Positions 12,070 to 24,425 of a stretch of DNA of 64,000 nucleotides are shown piece by piece. The DNA lies in NCBI RefSeq assembly GCF_008831285.2, contig NC_045138.2, positions 33,480,001 through 33,544,000 of the forward strand. The letters run 5' to 3'. Both the position numbers and the translations under genes were made by a program. The stretch's first letter is position 1. Each line of letters begins with the position of its first letter. Under the pieces are notes generated by a model, which worked only from the letters and a program-made list of their open reading frames with translations, was not told where the DNA came from and did not search any database. This stretch comes from Nymphaea colorata (lineage: Eukaryota).

Positions 12070-13412
12070 AAATACAGCCATTATCATTTGAAGCGCACAC
12101 CTCAATTATGAGGCGTGCACCTCAGGTGCCGGCTCACCTCTCTTCCTCTTTATTTTGTGATTAATGCTCATCATATTTCATAATTCTTTTGTTTACTTTT
12201 TGGTGCAACAATGACGAATAAGAAGGGGATTGCTAACATATCCAACAAGGTTGATGCTTATACAGATTTATCTGTTTCATAAACTAGCTACTAAAAATGA
12301 ACTTAGCATTTTGATTTTTGCACACACACTCTGTTCATACTGAGAGTTCCTAATATTGGATATTTTGTCATCCTAATTTGCTTCATTGGTCAAAAGCTGC
12401 GGTCCAACATCATTTCCTATATCAATTATCGAATTTCCTTTAACAGTGAAATTACGATCAGTTACCTCTACCTGACATATACAATGCAAAGTGCTTGGAG
12501 GAAATCGTGTCGAACATGGGATTGCCTGAGGGTGCTTCGCACAGAAATGAAGGACATGTTTTGAGGAATCAGCCTCAGTTTGATGACTAAGATCTTGAAT
12601 GTTTGTGATCAATACCTGCTTGTGAGGTTCCAGAGATATCCTTCACAACAAAAGTGTGCATGAGCAATCCAACGACAACCACCATTCACCTTTAGTAGTT
12701 ATATCATTGTCATCCTTTATATTGCTGTCCGGAAGCCTCTTCGTGTTTGCATGAAAAAAATACAACAAAATTATTTCCCTTAAATTCCCCTCTAGAACAG
12801 AAACGTCCCTACAGCTGATAAATTATGGATCTCAAAACCAAACATATAGTGACCATGAACCATAGAGATTTTCACAGAGATCAACAAGATTATGTCCAAT
12901 AATTGAAGTTTTGAACCGTTAACCACAGAGATTTTCACAGAATAGTGTTAACTGACAGTGAGGTGCTATACAGGAAAAGATAACTGTAGTGAGGAAACCG
13001 AACAAAAAAAATAAGACCGAAACACTGGCGGCAAAAGCAAGTGGCTCGATTCTCATTCAATTGTTGATTTTCCTAAATCCGATCCTTAAAAACCAGAACA
13101 AGTCAAGGTCGGAACCCTAGGACATCCCCACAACAATCATGCACACTACAAGAAGACCAAGTACGACTAAAATCGAAACCCTTGTGATTGCTTCTAAAGA
13201 TCCGTTGAAATCAAACCCTCTTCTCCGTTTGATGTTAAATTAGAACTTTCCTATTTCAATTAGGTCCATAATTTGACAAAGGCATGAACCTTAATGAGCA
13301 AGCCACATAAGATCAACGACAGACAACACAGAATTAGCGAAGACCAAAGCCTAAAAAAGCTTAACGATCGCGCCAATGCACACAAATGAGAGATTGGAAG
13401 CGTAAAGAGTTC
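12070..13412. repeat. Dispersed non-coding repeat (close copy 56770-58060; diverged or partial copies 36845-37530 and 40635-40940)
   Basis: TCATTTGAAGCGCACACCTC...GGCGTGCACCTCAGGTGCCGGCT and TGTTAACTGACAGTGAGGTGCT...TTAGAACTTTCCTATTTCAATT recur at these positions. Confidence 0.9.
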
Positions 13413-13429
13413 AAATGCGCGTAAATAGT

Positions 13430-16140
13430 TAAATACAAGGTATTAACTATTCCATGGCACAAAAAATCCAAAAACAAAAACCAAAGAGTTTCTAACGGAC
13501 AGAATGCATAACTCGGTTTCTAATGGACAGACTTTCTGATGGGAGAGAATGCATAGCTAAAGAAAAAACAAAACAACCAACAAAAAGCCAAGGCACAATA
13601 AACTAAAAAAACCAACATAAATAGACTGAAAAATCCAATGCAAACAGACTGAAAAATCCAATGCAAATAGACTTAACATCATAAACCTTTCATCTTAAGA
13701 AAATCATAATTCATAAATGATAAAATCATAAAAGTAAAACAAAGACAACTGAAAATAAGGCCTTAGCTGAATAGCTATGCACAGCAGCATAATATTTATT
13801 CACCAAACATTGAATCTCACGTCTATAAATTATGAAATACGAACTATTATTAAGTTATAGTGTAATACTATACAAACCCCTTCTATGGAAACAAAATATG
13901 AAGCTAAAACATCAGTCGTCAGCCGAAGAACTATGTACAAAACATGGATTCCACAGCAATTAAAAAAAAAATCAGAAGTACATGTAACGCATCAACTATT
14001 ACACAGCACAGAAAATCTAAAAACAAAAACCAAAGAGTTTCTAACGGACAGAATGCATAGCTTAGTTTCTACCAAATAGAGCTTCTGACGGGAAAAATGC
14101 ATAGCTTAAAAAAAAAAAAAACCAAAACAACCAACAAAAAACCATGGCACAATAAATTAAAAAATCCAATATAAAAAGACTGAAAAATCCAATGCAAATA
14201 GATTGAATAATCTAGTGCAAATAGACGTAAATAAAAAATCTTTCATCTAATAAAAAATTATAATTCATAAATCATAAAATCATCAAAGTAAAACAAAGTC
14301 AACTGAAAATAAGGTCTTAGCTGAATAGATATGCACAACAGCATAATATTTATTCACCAAACATCGAGTCTCACGTCTATAAAGTATGAAATACTAACTA
14401 TTATTAAGATATAGTGTCATACTATATTAACCCCTTCTATAGCAACGAAACATCGAAGTAAAAGATCAGTCTTCAACAGAAGAGCTATGCACAAAACATG
14501 GATTCCACAAAAATAAAAAAAAATCAGAAATACGCATATAATTAAACAAAAATTATAAAGTTTGAAACACTAACTATTATTAAGTTATAGTGTAATACAA
14601 ATTAACCCCTTCTATGGAAACAAAACATCAAACAAAAAAATCAGTCTTCAGCCAAAGAGCTATGCACAAAACATGGATTCCACAGAAATTAAAAAAAAAT
14701 CAGAAATACACATAAGGTGTTAACTATCCCATGGCAAAGAAAATCCAAAAACAAAAACCAAAGAGTTTCTAATGGACAGAGTTTCTGATGGGAGAGAATG
14801 CATAGCTAAAGAAAAAACAAAACAACAAAAAGCCTAGGCACAATAAACTAAAAAACCCAACAAAAATAGACAGAAAAATACAATGCAAATAGACAGAAAA
14901 ATCGAAAGCAAACAGACTGAAAAATCCAATGCAAATAGACTTAACATCATAAATCTTTCATCTTAAAAAAATCATATTTCATAAATCATAAAATCATAAA
15001 AGTAAAACAAAGACATCTGAAAATAAGGCCTTAGCAGAATAGCTCTGCACAACAGCATAATATTTATTCACCAAACATTGAGTCTCACATCTATAAAGTA
15101 TGAAATAATAACTATTATTAAGTTAAAGTGTCATACTATATTAAACCCCTTCTATAGAAAGGAAACATCGAACTAAAAGATATGAACAAAACATAGATTA
15201 CAGATAAATTTAAAATAAATAAATAAATCAGACATACACATAACGCATTAACTATTTCACAGAACAGAAAATCCAAGAACATAAACCAAAGAGTTTCTAA
15301 CTGACAGAATGCATAGGTCAGTTTCTAACAGACAGAGCTTCAGACGGGACAGAAAGCATAGCTAAAAACAAAAAAAAAAACCCACAAAAATCCAAGGCAC
15401 AATATATTTAAAAAATCCAACACCAATGCAAATAGACTGAAAAATATAATCCAAATAGACGTAACATCATAAATCTTTCATCTTAAAGAAAATGATAATT
15501 CATAAATGATAAAATCATAAATGATAAAATCATAAAAAGCAAAACAAAGACAACTGAAAATAAGGCGTTAGCTCAATAGTTATGCACAACAGCATACTAT
15601 TTATTCGCCAAACATTGAATCTCACGTCTATAAAGTATACTAACTATTATTAAGTTATCGAGTTATACTATATTAACCCCTTCTATAGAAACGAAACATC
15701 GAACTAAAAAATCAGTCTTCAGCCGAACAACAAGGTACAAAACATGGATTCCACAAAAATAAAAAGAAAAAAATCAGAAATACACGTAACACATTAACTA
15801 TTCCATGGTAAAGAAAGTCCAAAAACAAAAACGAAAGAGTTTCTAACCGACAGAATGCATAGCTCCGTTTCTAACAGACAGGGCTTCCGATGGGACAGAA
15901 TGCAAAGTTAAAAAAAAAAACCAAAACAACCAACAAAATGCCAAGACACAATAAATTAAAAAATCCAACACAAATAGGCAGAAAAATCCAATGCAAATAG
16001 ACTGATCCAAAAAGACGTAACGTCATAAATCTTTCATCTTAAAAAAAATGATAATTCATAAATGATAAAATCATAAAAGCAAAACAAAGACAACTGAAAA
16101 TAAGGCCTTAGCTGAATAGCTATGCACAACAGCATAAACA
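13430..16140. repeat. Tandem array of ~540-bp A-rich units (~5 copies) inside an LTR element
   Basis: Marker AAATAAGGCCTTAGCTGAATAGCTATGCACAACAGCAT at ~13752, 14307, 15021, 15558 and 16098; one unit carries a ~175-bp internal duplication. Confidence 0.95.
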
Positions 16141-16145
16141 ATCCA

Positions 16146-16747
16146 GGCTCTAATACCATGAAAACATGACTGATACCAGTCACATACACAAACCCAAAAC
16201 AATCTCACAATGATGGGCACTAACGCCAAATCACAAAGGAAATGGAGAATGAGAATAATGTAATTGAAATCCGACGAAGCTGTAAAAAAAGAATATTTAC
16301 AAAAAATATCATGGTCTATATATACATCCAAAAGAATAAAAAACAACGAAGTATGAGAAGAACCACCCACTGGACTAGCTCCAACTCAGCTGAAAATATA
16401 ATAATACAGAAAAATAAAGAATCTAAAAAAGTTACATATATTCACTTATACAGTATGCATATTAAATGTACACCCATCCACCCACACACACATATGTATA
16501 TATGAGGCTTTCATATGTATTAAACACAAAAAAGATCATGCATAATATATATAAGAAAAACTGTCAATCCTAGTGATTGTTCAACTGTTTTCACAAAAGA
16601 ACAATACCTCCTAATAAAAAATTTTCCATATTGATCTTGAAAGAAGTCCATGAACCATCCACATGACCTGCTGCCCATGACAAAGTAGCCTGGCAATGGT
16701 AAATGTACAAAGGTCAATCGCGGGTTAATTACTGTAAGGATTTGAAA
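16146..16747 (-). mobile_element. LTR (5'-truncated on minus strand) plus PBS, LTR family A
   Basis: Minus strand reads ...TTTTCA TGGTATTAGAGCC (PBS 16146-16158, one mismatch to the tRNA-iMet PBS TGGTATCAGAGC). 16159-16747 matches 17687-18300 and 63253-63860. Confidence 0.85.
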
Positions 16748-17673
16748 TACAAGTAACGCGTTAACTATTCCACGGCACAGAAAATCCAAAAACAAAAACC
16801 AAAGAGTTTCTAACGGACAGAATGCATAGCTAAACAAAAAAAAAACAAAACAACCAACAAAAAACCAAGGCACAATAAACTAAAAGATCCAACACAAGTA
16901 GACTGAAAATCCATGCAAATAGACTGAAAAATCCATCGTTTGTAATCGAACCCTACCGCTGTGGCTGCTTCTCGCCGGTCGGAGATCTGCTGGGTGCCGG
17001 AAAACGCACCGGTCCGTAATCAAGTACCACCTTTGTGGTTGCCGCTCACAGGAAATCGGTCAAGGGAGAAACGCCGCTGAGTCTTTCCATCGGACTGGCG
17101 TGTTGGAAGTCGGAAATTTGCAAATCCCTAAATGCCGACGAGTTTTCCTGTTTAGACTTATTTCCTCTCTGTCGATGAAGGCTTTTTAACTTTTAACTTT
17201 AAAGTTTTATAAAGTTTATTCCGCATCTATCATTAAAATCGTTTTAGAATTACAAATGATGCCACCGTGGGCTCCAAACTGAACAAGCGTAAAAGAAGAC
17301 GCGAAGAAAACGCGTTGCAAATCAAAATCTCGCGTTTTTTATTTTATTTTCGAAAATACAGCGGTTTTTGTGACTTTTTATCAAATTCTGAAATGAAATA
17401 GCAGATAATTCATTTGATAATCAGTTCTGTTCTTGTGAGCATAAAAACTGTGTATTATCTTGTCATTAAAACATAGAATCAAAGCAAACAAAAAAAAACG
17501 CACTACTTGTGAAGCCTGGTAACAAGCGGTCTCTTCTCGAATGAAGAAATTCAATGTGCTAGAATGGTTTCATGCTTTCTGACTGAAATTATACATAGGT
17601 TTGAAGTGGGCATAGATTCACTTAAAAAAGCACGTCAACCTGCAAATATTCAGTATGAAAAAAAAAGAATTCA

Positions 17674-18356
17674 GGCTCTAATACCACTAAAACATGACTG
17701 ATAACAGTTACATACACAAACCCACAACAATCTCACAATGATGAGCACTAACGCCAAATCACAAAGGAAATGGAGAATGAGAATAATGTAATTGAAATCC
17801 GAAGAAGCTGTAAAAACAGAATATTTACAAAAAGATATCATGGTCTATATATACATCCAAAAGAATGAAAAACAACGAAGTATGAGAAGAACCACCCACT
17901 GGACTAGCTCCAACTCAGCTGAAAATATAATAATACAGAAAAATAAAGAATCTAAAAAAGCTACATATATTCACGTATACATGTATGCATATTAAATGTA
18001 CACCCATCCACCCACACACACACACACACATGTATATATGAGGCTCTCATATGTATTAAACACAAAAAAGATCATGCATAATATATAAAAGAAAAACTGT
18101 CAATCCTACTGATTGTTCAACTGTTTTCACAAAAGAACAGTACCTCCTAATAAAAAATTTTCCATATTGAACTTGAAAGAAGTCCATGAACCATCCGGAC
18201 CACTAGTTGCCATCACATGACCTGCTGCCCATGACAAAGTAGCCTGGTAATGGTAAATGCACGAAGGTCAATCGCAGGTTAACTACTGTAAGGATTTGAA
18301 AGACCCATTTCTAGCTATAGACAACAAGAAATAAGTGAGTTGCACACATCATGACA
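17674..18356 (-). mobile_element. LTR (~670 bp, starts TGTCATGATG on minus) plus PBS, LTR family A
   Basis: GGCTCTAATACCA at 17674-17686; homology to the 63253-63915 copy ends at CATCATGACA (18356). Confidence 0.85.
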
Positions 18357-18364
18357 AAAAAATT

Positions 18365-18456
18365 GGCTCTGGTTCTGTATACAAATTAACACTTATGTCC
18401 CACACACATCTTGAAAGTGGCTTTGGTTCTGTATACAAATTAACACTTATGTCCCT
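18365..18456. repeat. Tandem duplication, 54-bp period
   Basis: GGCT(C/T)TGGTTCTGTATACAAATTAACACTTATGTCCC occurs twice. Confidence 0.9.
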
Positions 18457-18533
18457 CTCTCACTTTCTCTCTCTCTCCCCCCCTTCTTTAGATGTGTGTG
18501 GGTGTAAGTGTGCGTGTGTATATATATATATAT

Positions 18534-19535
18534 GAAATTTGTGCTCCATTATTTAGATTCTATATGAATCCAAATCAACAGTTTTTAAAAACTGGCAGAA
18601 ATCTTATTAATCCATTATTGAAATGGCATAAAGGGTGATAAATAGTGGACTTCTCAAAGGCATGATGACATTGTCTCATACAGACTATTTGAGGCTTATG
18701 AGAATTCAAGTGCTTCTGGTGGACAATCTGCTTGTTGGATTTTCAGTCATTGACGAAAAGGAAAAACAGATAATAAGTTCGCAATTTTGTTATTGGAAGG
18801 GTATGCTGGAAGGAGTGCAAGAAGTAGCGGTCAAGTGGCTACCCATGGGGTCTAAAGGAGACATTATGGAGTTCATGAATGAAGTGAGATTAGTAGCAAG
18901 GCATCAACATATAAACCTGGTACAACTTATAGGCAGCTTTGTTGAAGAGGAAGTGAAGAGAAGAGAAGAGAAGAGAGGATTTTGGCTTATGAATACATGC
19001 CCAACAGAAGCCTCGACATATTCCTGTTTGGTTTGTTTCTCTTGCCTCTGTCTTCATGCCTTTGTTGCAATCACATTTAGATGTTGCACTGGACATGATT
19101 TAAATGTAAAACAATGAGAATTAAGGTCCAGTAACTGGTTTCCTAAGTCAAATATTGGAAGCTGAGAAAGGCCGCGACCGACCAACACACTGAATTAAAT
19201 TTTACAGATCAAACAAGTAAAGAAAACCAAAACAGGACGCCTTCCTTATTTATAAACAATACTAACAGATCAATGCCGTCATGTCTCGTGAATGTGAAAA
19301 AATATAATTACGAGAACTTACATCAAATTTGAATGGTAATAGGCATATTTGAAGGTATGGGAATCTTGTATTTAACTGCCTGAATTATGTATAAAAAAGA
19401 AGCCGAACGAAGCACTTCTAATTCAAGCTAGTTCTTCTTAAACAACAAGAACGGAAGACATGCTTGGCCAAAACCACCGTTATAGCTCAATACCGGCGAC
19501 GAAGACTACCGGTATTTTTTTATATCGGTGCTTTT
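18534..19535. repeat. Duplicated block (partner 35202-36680)
   Basis: Collinear match from GAAATTTGTGCTCCATTATTTAGATTC to GACTACCGGTATTT; the partner has ~120 extra bp near 35255-35370 and the NUMT. Confidence 0.93.
18800..19030 (+). pseudogene. Orphan S-domain receptor kinase exon (subdomains II-V), frameshifted
   Basis: AG/GT-bounded; [45 protein letters not shown].../frameshift in (GAAGA)n/...ILAYEYMPNRSLDIFLF. Confidence 0.9.
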
Positions 19536-22500
19536 CCTCTCCAGAAGATGCTCATAATATTGTTGTCAGAGAAGTAGCCTACGTTTCTTGCTTATTAGCT
19601 GTATGGTCAAATGAAAATTGCACTCTTACATTTACCTGAACAGTCTTGAAGATTCTTTTTTCTTCTCCTTAACTTCTTTTGTTATTGGCAAGATTTACCT
19701 TTTCTCTTTCGGTTTTTCACTTATCCTTTGCTGCAATGTTCCTCACACGATCAGCAACATTATTCTGATGCATTTCTTTCTCATTTCTCTTTTGCCTTTC
19801 TTCAATTTTCACCGTCTTTGTTAGCTCTTATATGACCTTGCCCCCACCAACAGAGCTATTACCAAATGATAATAGATCTTCCTCCATGCTTGTCTAAACA
19901 GACTTTCATTCGTTTAAAGTTATAGTTACAAATAATGTTTGAGAGTTTTAAATGGTGAGGTTTTTCTGTGAGCTTAAAAAAAAGAGAAATATGATACATT
20001 TTTAAAAATTTTAAAAAACTAAAAGTGGGAGAAAATAAAACAAATGAGAAATTAATAACACAAACATCAAAAAATAAGTAGATTTGCAACAAATAAAAAA
20101 TAAAAAAACTATTTGACATTTAAAAAAACTGAAAAATGAAAAAACTAAAAAAAAAACTAACAAATCGCATTAAAAATGCCTTTATTTCGTTTTTAATTAT
20201 TTTTCAAAAAAACACATTTTTTTAGTTTAAAAACGACCACTTAATTTATCGCATTTTTTTCGAAAAAAAGCGTTTTCTGTCACTAGGCTGACTAACTAAA
20301 CTCCTCCACAGTTGGGAATCTTTTGTTACATCACCACGAAGAAACATATAACTTATATTTGTTTTGAAGTCGGTTTTTAGTATATCATCTTGGGCTATAG
20401 CGGTGACTAGTCACTGCGGTAGATCTGGCGGTCGTCGTGTCCACTCCAGAGAAGCTACTTTGGTGTTGCTTTGTTAAGTAGTGCATCTATACCGGTGATG
20501 CATTCACCGCTTCATAAAAGTGAGTTGGTTAAAAGTTGGAATGAGATGAGATTTTGATTGTGATTAAAAGCTGATATGACATATGTTTTCCACGGTTTAT
20601 ATTTGATCAAAGATCAGAAATAGTGAATCTGATCCAATCTAAACCATTGAATGTGATGGAATTGTCACTCATGTCTCTCTAAAAATCAAATTTCTGTAAT
20701 TAACTTATGATTAAGCAAACAAGTTGGCGCATCCACTTAATATGACACAACTTTGATGAGGTATGAAATGTCTTTCATCACATCTCATTAATTATATAAA
20801 AGGACAATGGAAACAAATAAACTTTGCTATGTAGCAACTATAAAATTATTATAAAGGCACTTACAGTGTGCAATTTTATAACTTTTCAATATAAAAAAAG
20901 GAATAAGGCGCTAAACATGGTAATAGCAAGACAGAAAAATACAAAGTTAACCCAATCAATGTAATCTGAAAATTATAACTCAATTGAAAAACAAGCTTCT
21001 TCTTTCGCCGCTTTATGCCATTTCTTACATACGAATTTTTTTTTAAAATTATTTAAATTAAATAATTACTTAGTATTCATTTTGAAAAAAGAATGTCCAT
21101 ACCCATTAAACGTTTCTTTGGGGCAAATCGAATTTCTTTTTTGCTGCCCATTAAACGTGAGTTGAAGAAAATGTCCGTTGGACGATTTTTCCGCAAACAT
21201 ACTTCCGGAAATTTCGGATCCACTTTCCTGTTCGATGAAAAAGACCGTTATGGCTGGCATGGTGAGCATCGGCTTCTGCCGCAGCCGCCGTCCTCCTCCT
21301 TGCAGCTTCCTTCTCTCTCCTCTAGTCCTGCAGCTTCGTGGGTGAGCGGAACGGCGTCGGCGGTAAACAGTTTTCGTCCGGCGACATCTGCTCCGTGTGG
21401 CGGCTGCCGTGAAGGTCTTCAAAGCTCCTCCGGAAGCCTGCTTCGAAAGGGACTGGTTAAGAAGGCGCTGGAGCTCTTCGTGTTCTACAAAGGTTTTGTT
21501 ACTTTCGTCCTATTCTTCACCAACGGAGAGCTCCGAGATTTCCACCGACTGCAGGTTCCTCTCCCTCCCCCCACCTCTCTCTCTCTTGCGATGAATTAGA
21601 TTGTTGTGTTCTGTCCTGCTATTTCCCTGTCATATTTCTCCTCTCTTACCTTGTTCAGGTTGGATAGATTTGAGCGATCTTTTCCTCGCTCTCATCTTCG
21701 AAGTTGAGGGTCTTCTATTCCTGCCTCTAGTCGCTGATTATTTTAGTCCATAGGCATCCGGTTTTTTTGTTTCGTGAGGTTGAGATTCCCTGATTTCCTT
21801 TGTTTTGTTGTTTGGCATGGTCGTGTTTTTTAAGGGCTTTTATTTTCTGACCCGAGAATGGTGTTTTCGTTTTCTGCCGACCGTTTAGGGGCTTACACTC
21901 TGTTCCATGAATGAAACCCCGCAGCGTTTTCTTTTAATAGAATTTGGCAGCAGAACATGGTTTGGCAGTGTCTCAGACATGAGGCGATAAGCCATGTTTT
22001 GCCATACTTGAAGCACTGTTGTAAGGACGATTCCTAAATCGAAAATGCAGGCTGTTTTATGGTGAAATCGAGTAATTTTATGAGAATTTTTTTACATTGA
22101 AGGTGCGGTTAGGAGCTTGGCAGCACCGTTGATACGTTTTCTTGTTTCAAGTTCTGTTTTACGTTCTGACGGTCATTAGTGAGATAGGTTTAGAACGACA
22201 GGTTTTGGACTTTCAATTTTTCTTTTTTGCTGACATGAAACTAAAACCATGTACACCTGGTTCTAACGTCAAAATGAGCGTTTTTTGAACTAGTTGTGAT
22301 GCTCAAAAAATATTCGGTAACATGGATTTGGCATCACTCAAGCATCTTAAAATTTTAGCTATGGACATTGGTGTCTCGAAGTAAAGAAGAAGAAGGAAAA
22401 TGAAGGCCAACTTCTTGGGAATTAATTGACAGGAACTCGAGTTTCAAACTCTGATACTGCAGCGTAGATGGAATTCTGTCTCTGTATTAGAGTGGTGTTG

Positions 22501-23089
22501 CATTGTTTTATGTGATATAAATGAGGGGGTCTGACTAACAGGATTTGTTTACATGCTCAACTTCTGAAATTTCACCTTGACAGTAGTTTCAGATACATTT
22601 TTCACTTCAGTATGGTCTGAGTCAGGTGTTTTCTAATTCCTGTTAGTGGATTTCTGCTAATGAGATGACCACTTCAATGCTCGACAAGGATAAGCTTGCA
22701 GACTGCTCTTATGTTAGATCTTTCATATGTGTGTATATGTAGATCTTGTGTTTGCCATTGTAAGGAAGCTTTTTCCACATCTTTTGGTGATATTCAATTA
22801 TATTTTTCATTCTTTATTTTCTTGGTGACTTGGCATTGGTGCCTTTCATTGAGTTTCATTGTAGTTTACATATGACACTATTGTGACTCACATTTTTATG
22901 GTATAGCTCTGGTTTGGTCTTTGATTTGCTGATTGTGGATACAGCTTTTTTGTTGGCTCATAAATGTGGTGTTCACCAACTCTTGGTGAATTATTGAAGC
23001 TACAAGTTGTCGATGGGCCAAACTTTTGTGCAATCTAAACCTAGTCGTTTGTTTAGGGAGAGAATGTGCTTTACCCAATTGTTTGAAAC

Positions 23090-24425
23090 TTCCAATTAGT
23101 TGAGGACCTGACACTTATGAGAACCCTTCACCCTTAAACCAAGATTTTGTGTAGAATACCCTACTTTTAGAGGAGAGTTGATGTAGTTCATTCTTCTACC
23201 CAACAAATCCATCTGGTTTCATAGACACTCCTCTCTTTAGGCAGATGAGTTTCTACTTCTGGGTGATATACCATTTGATGTCAAGAAGTTTTTTGAAAGT
23301 GAAAATTTTTAATTTTACCTAAAAACATTTTTAAAATGTTTTCTCACATAATGATATACCTTCATCTTATTCCTAATACCTCATCGAGTAGAAGGAAAAA
23401 ATTTCATGTTTTTGTTGCCAATCATTAGAAAAGGAAATTTGCAAAGATCCTGGATATGAGCAGTGAAGAAAAATTCAATGAAGCTGAGAAAGTCAAGACT
23501 ATGAGAGGCTATTGACTTAAGCGATCAAACGTCTGCAATGATTTATCAGGAAAATATCTTAGGAGAGAAGCCATAATGCCTTTTAAAATATTGGCAGGTA
23601 GCAAAATGAGAGTTGAGAGATGGGCTCGGGGCTTGTGTGGTCGTTCCTCTGGGTCAGTAATCGAGAGTACCGGGTGGGCATAAAGGTGATTTATGTCTAT
23701 ACCGCGAAGATGAAGACTTATGAACTTTTGACATGTTGAAAACCCGCAAGGTGAAACGGGTTGGATACATGAAAAAGCTACACATAACCACTAAAATGGT
23801 GGAGTTCCGTAGTAGCCTTTGGGGTGGTGAGGGATTCCCTCAAAGGTGAAGGTCGGCCTAAAGAAAAAAATCAAAAGCAAAAAAAAAAAAAAAGAAGCGG
23901 CAAATAGCCGATTGCAAAAAAAAAAAAAAAAGAAGAGGAAAAAAAGCAAGAAAAACAAAAAGGTGCCTGTCAAGGTATGAATGGCATGAAGGCTGAACTC
24001 CTAGGAATTGAATGTGAGTTTTTTGTGGATGCACGAGTCTTGAGTCAATAGCCATTCCTCTTTTTGACTTTCTAAGATGTTGAGGATGATTCTTTTATGT
24101 TCATATTTTGAAAATTTAAAGATTTTCCTTTCTAGAGATTCAACAACATTGATGTGAAATGAATCCTAATGCTTGTACAATATTGAGGGTAAATGAAGGA
24201 CATATCATTCGCACAATGAGCACTCAGAGCTTATGATTTAAATCAATGATTTATGAGCTATTTCAAAATAAAAACTTGACATCTTTTGTTATGTTTCCTA
24301 GCTTCTTGGACCTGTGAGGAACTCCCAACCCCACTTTGTTCTTCAATGATGTCGTTTTCTTGTTACCAAAATGGCTACCCATCAAACATATTTCACTCAT
24401 ATCGAGTGTAATGAATTTCCTATAG
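23090..24425 (+). repeat. ~1.3-kb non-coding dispersed repeat; inverted copy at 46590-47940
   Basis: For example, GGCAGGTAGCAAAATGAGAGTTGAGAGATGGGCTCGGGGCTTGTGT (23593+) is the reverse complement of ~47390-47437; collinear over the whole span. Confidence 0.92.

Noticed and set aside
13144..13155. CACTACAAGAA as a CACTA transposon terminus (also ~40835 and ~57787)
   Set aside because: Homology between copies continues on both sides of the motif, and I found no matching inverted terminus or 3-bp TSD.
21093..21599. 168-aa ORF as a protein-coding gene
   Set aside because: Ser/Pro-rich translation of a CT-rich leader-like island; no known domain and no downstream coding exons identified.
23090..24425. 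Telomerase RNA, snRNA or group II intron identity for the structured repeat
   Set aside because: No CTAAACCCT-type template in the core, and no recognisable USE/TATA promoter or domain V motif.
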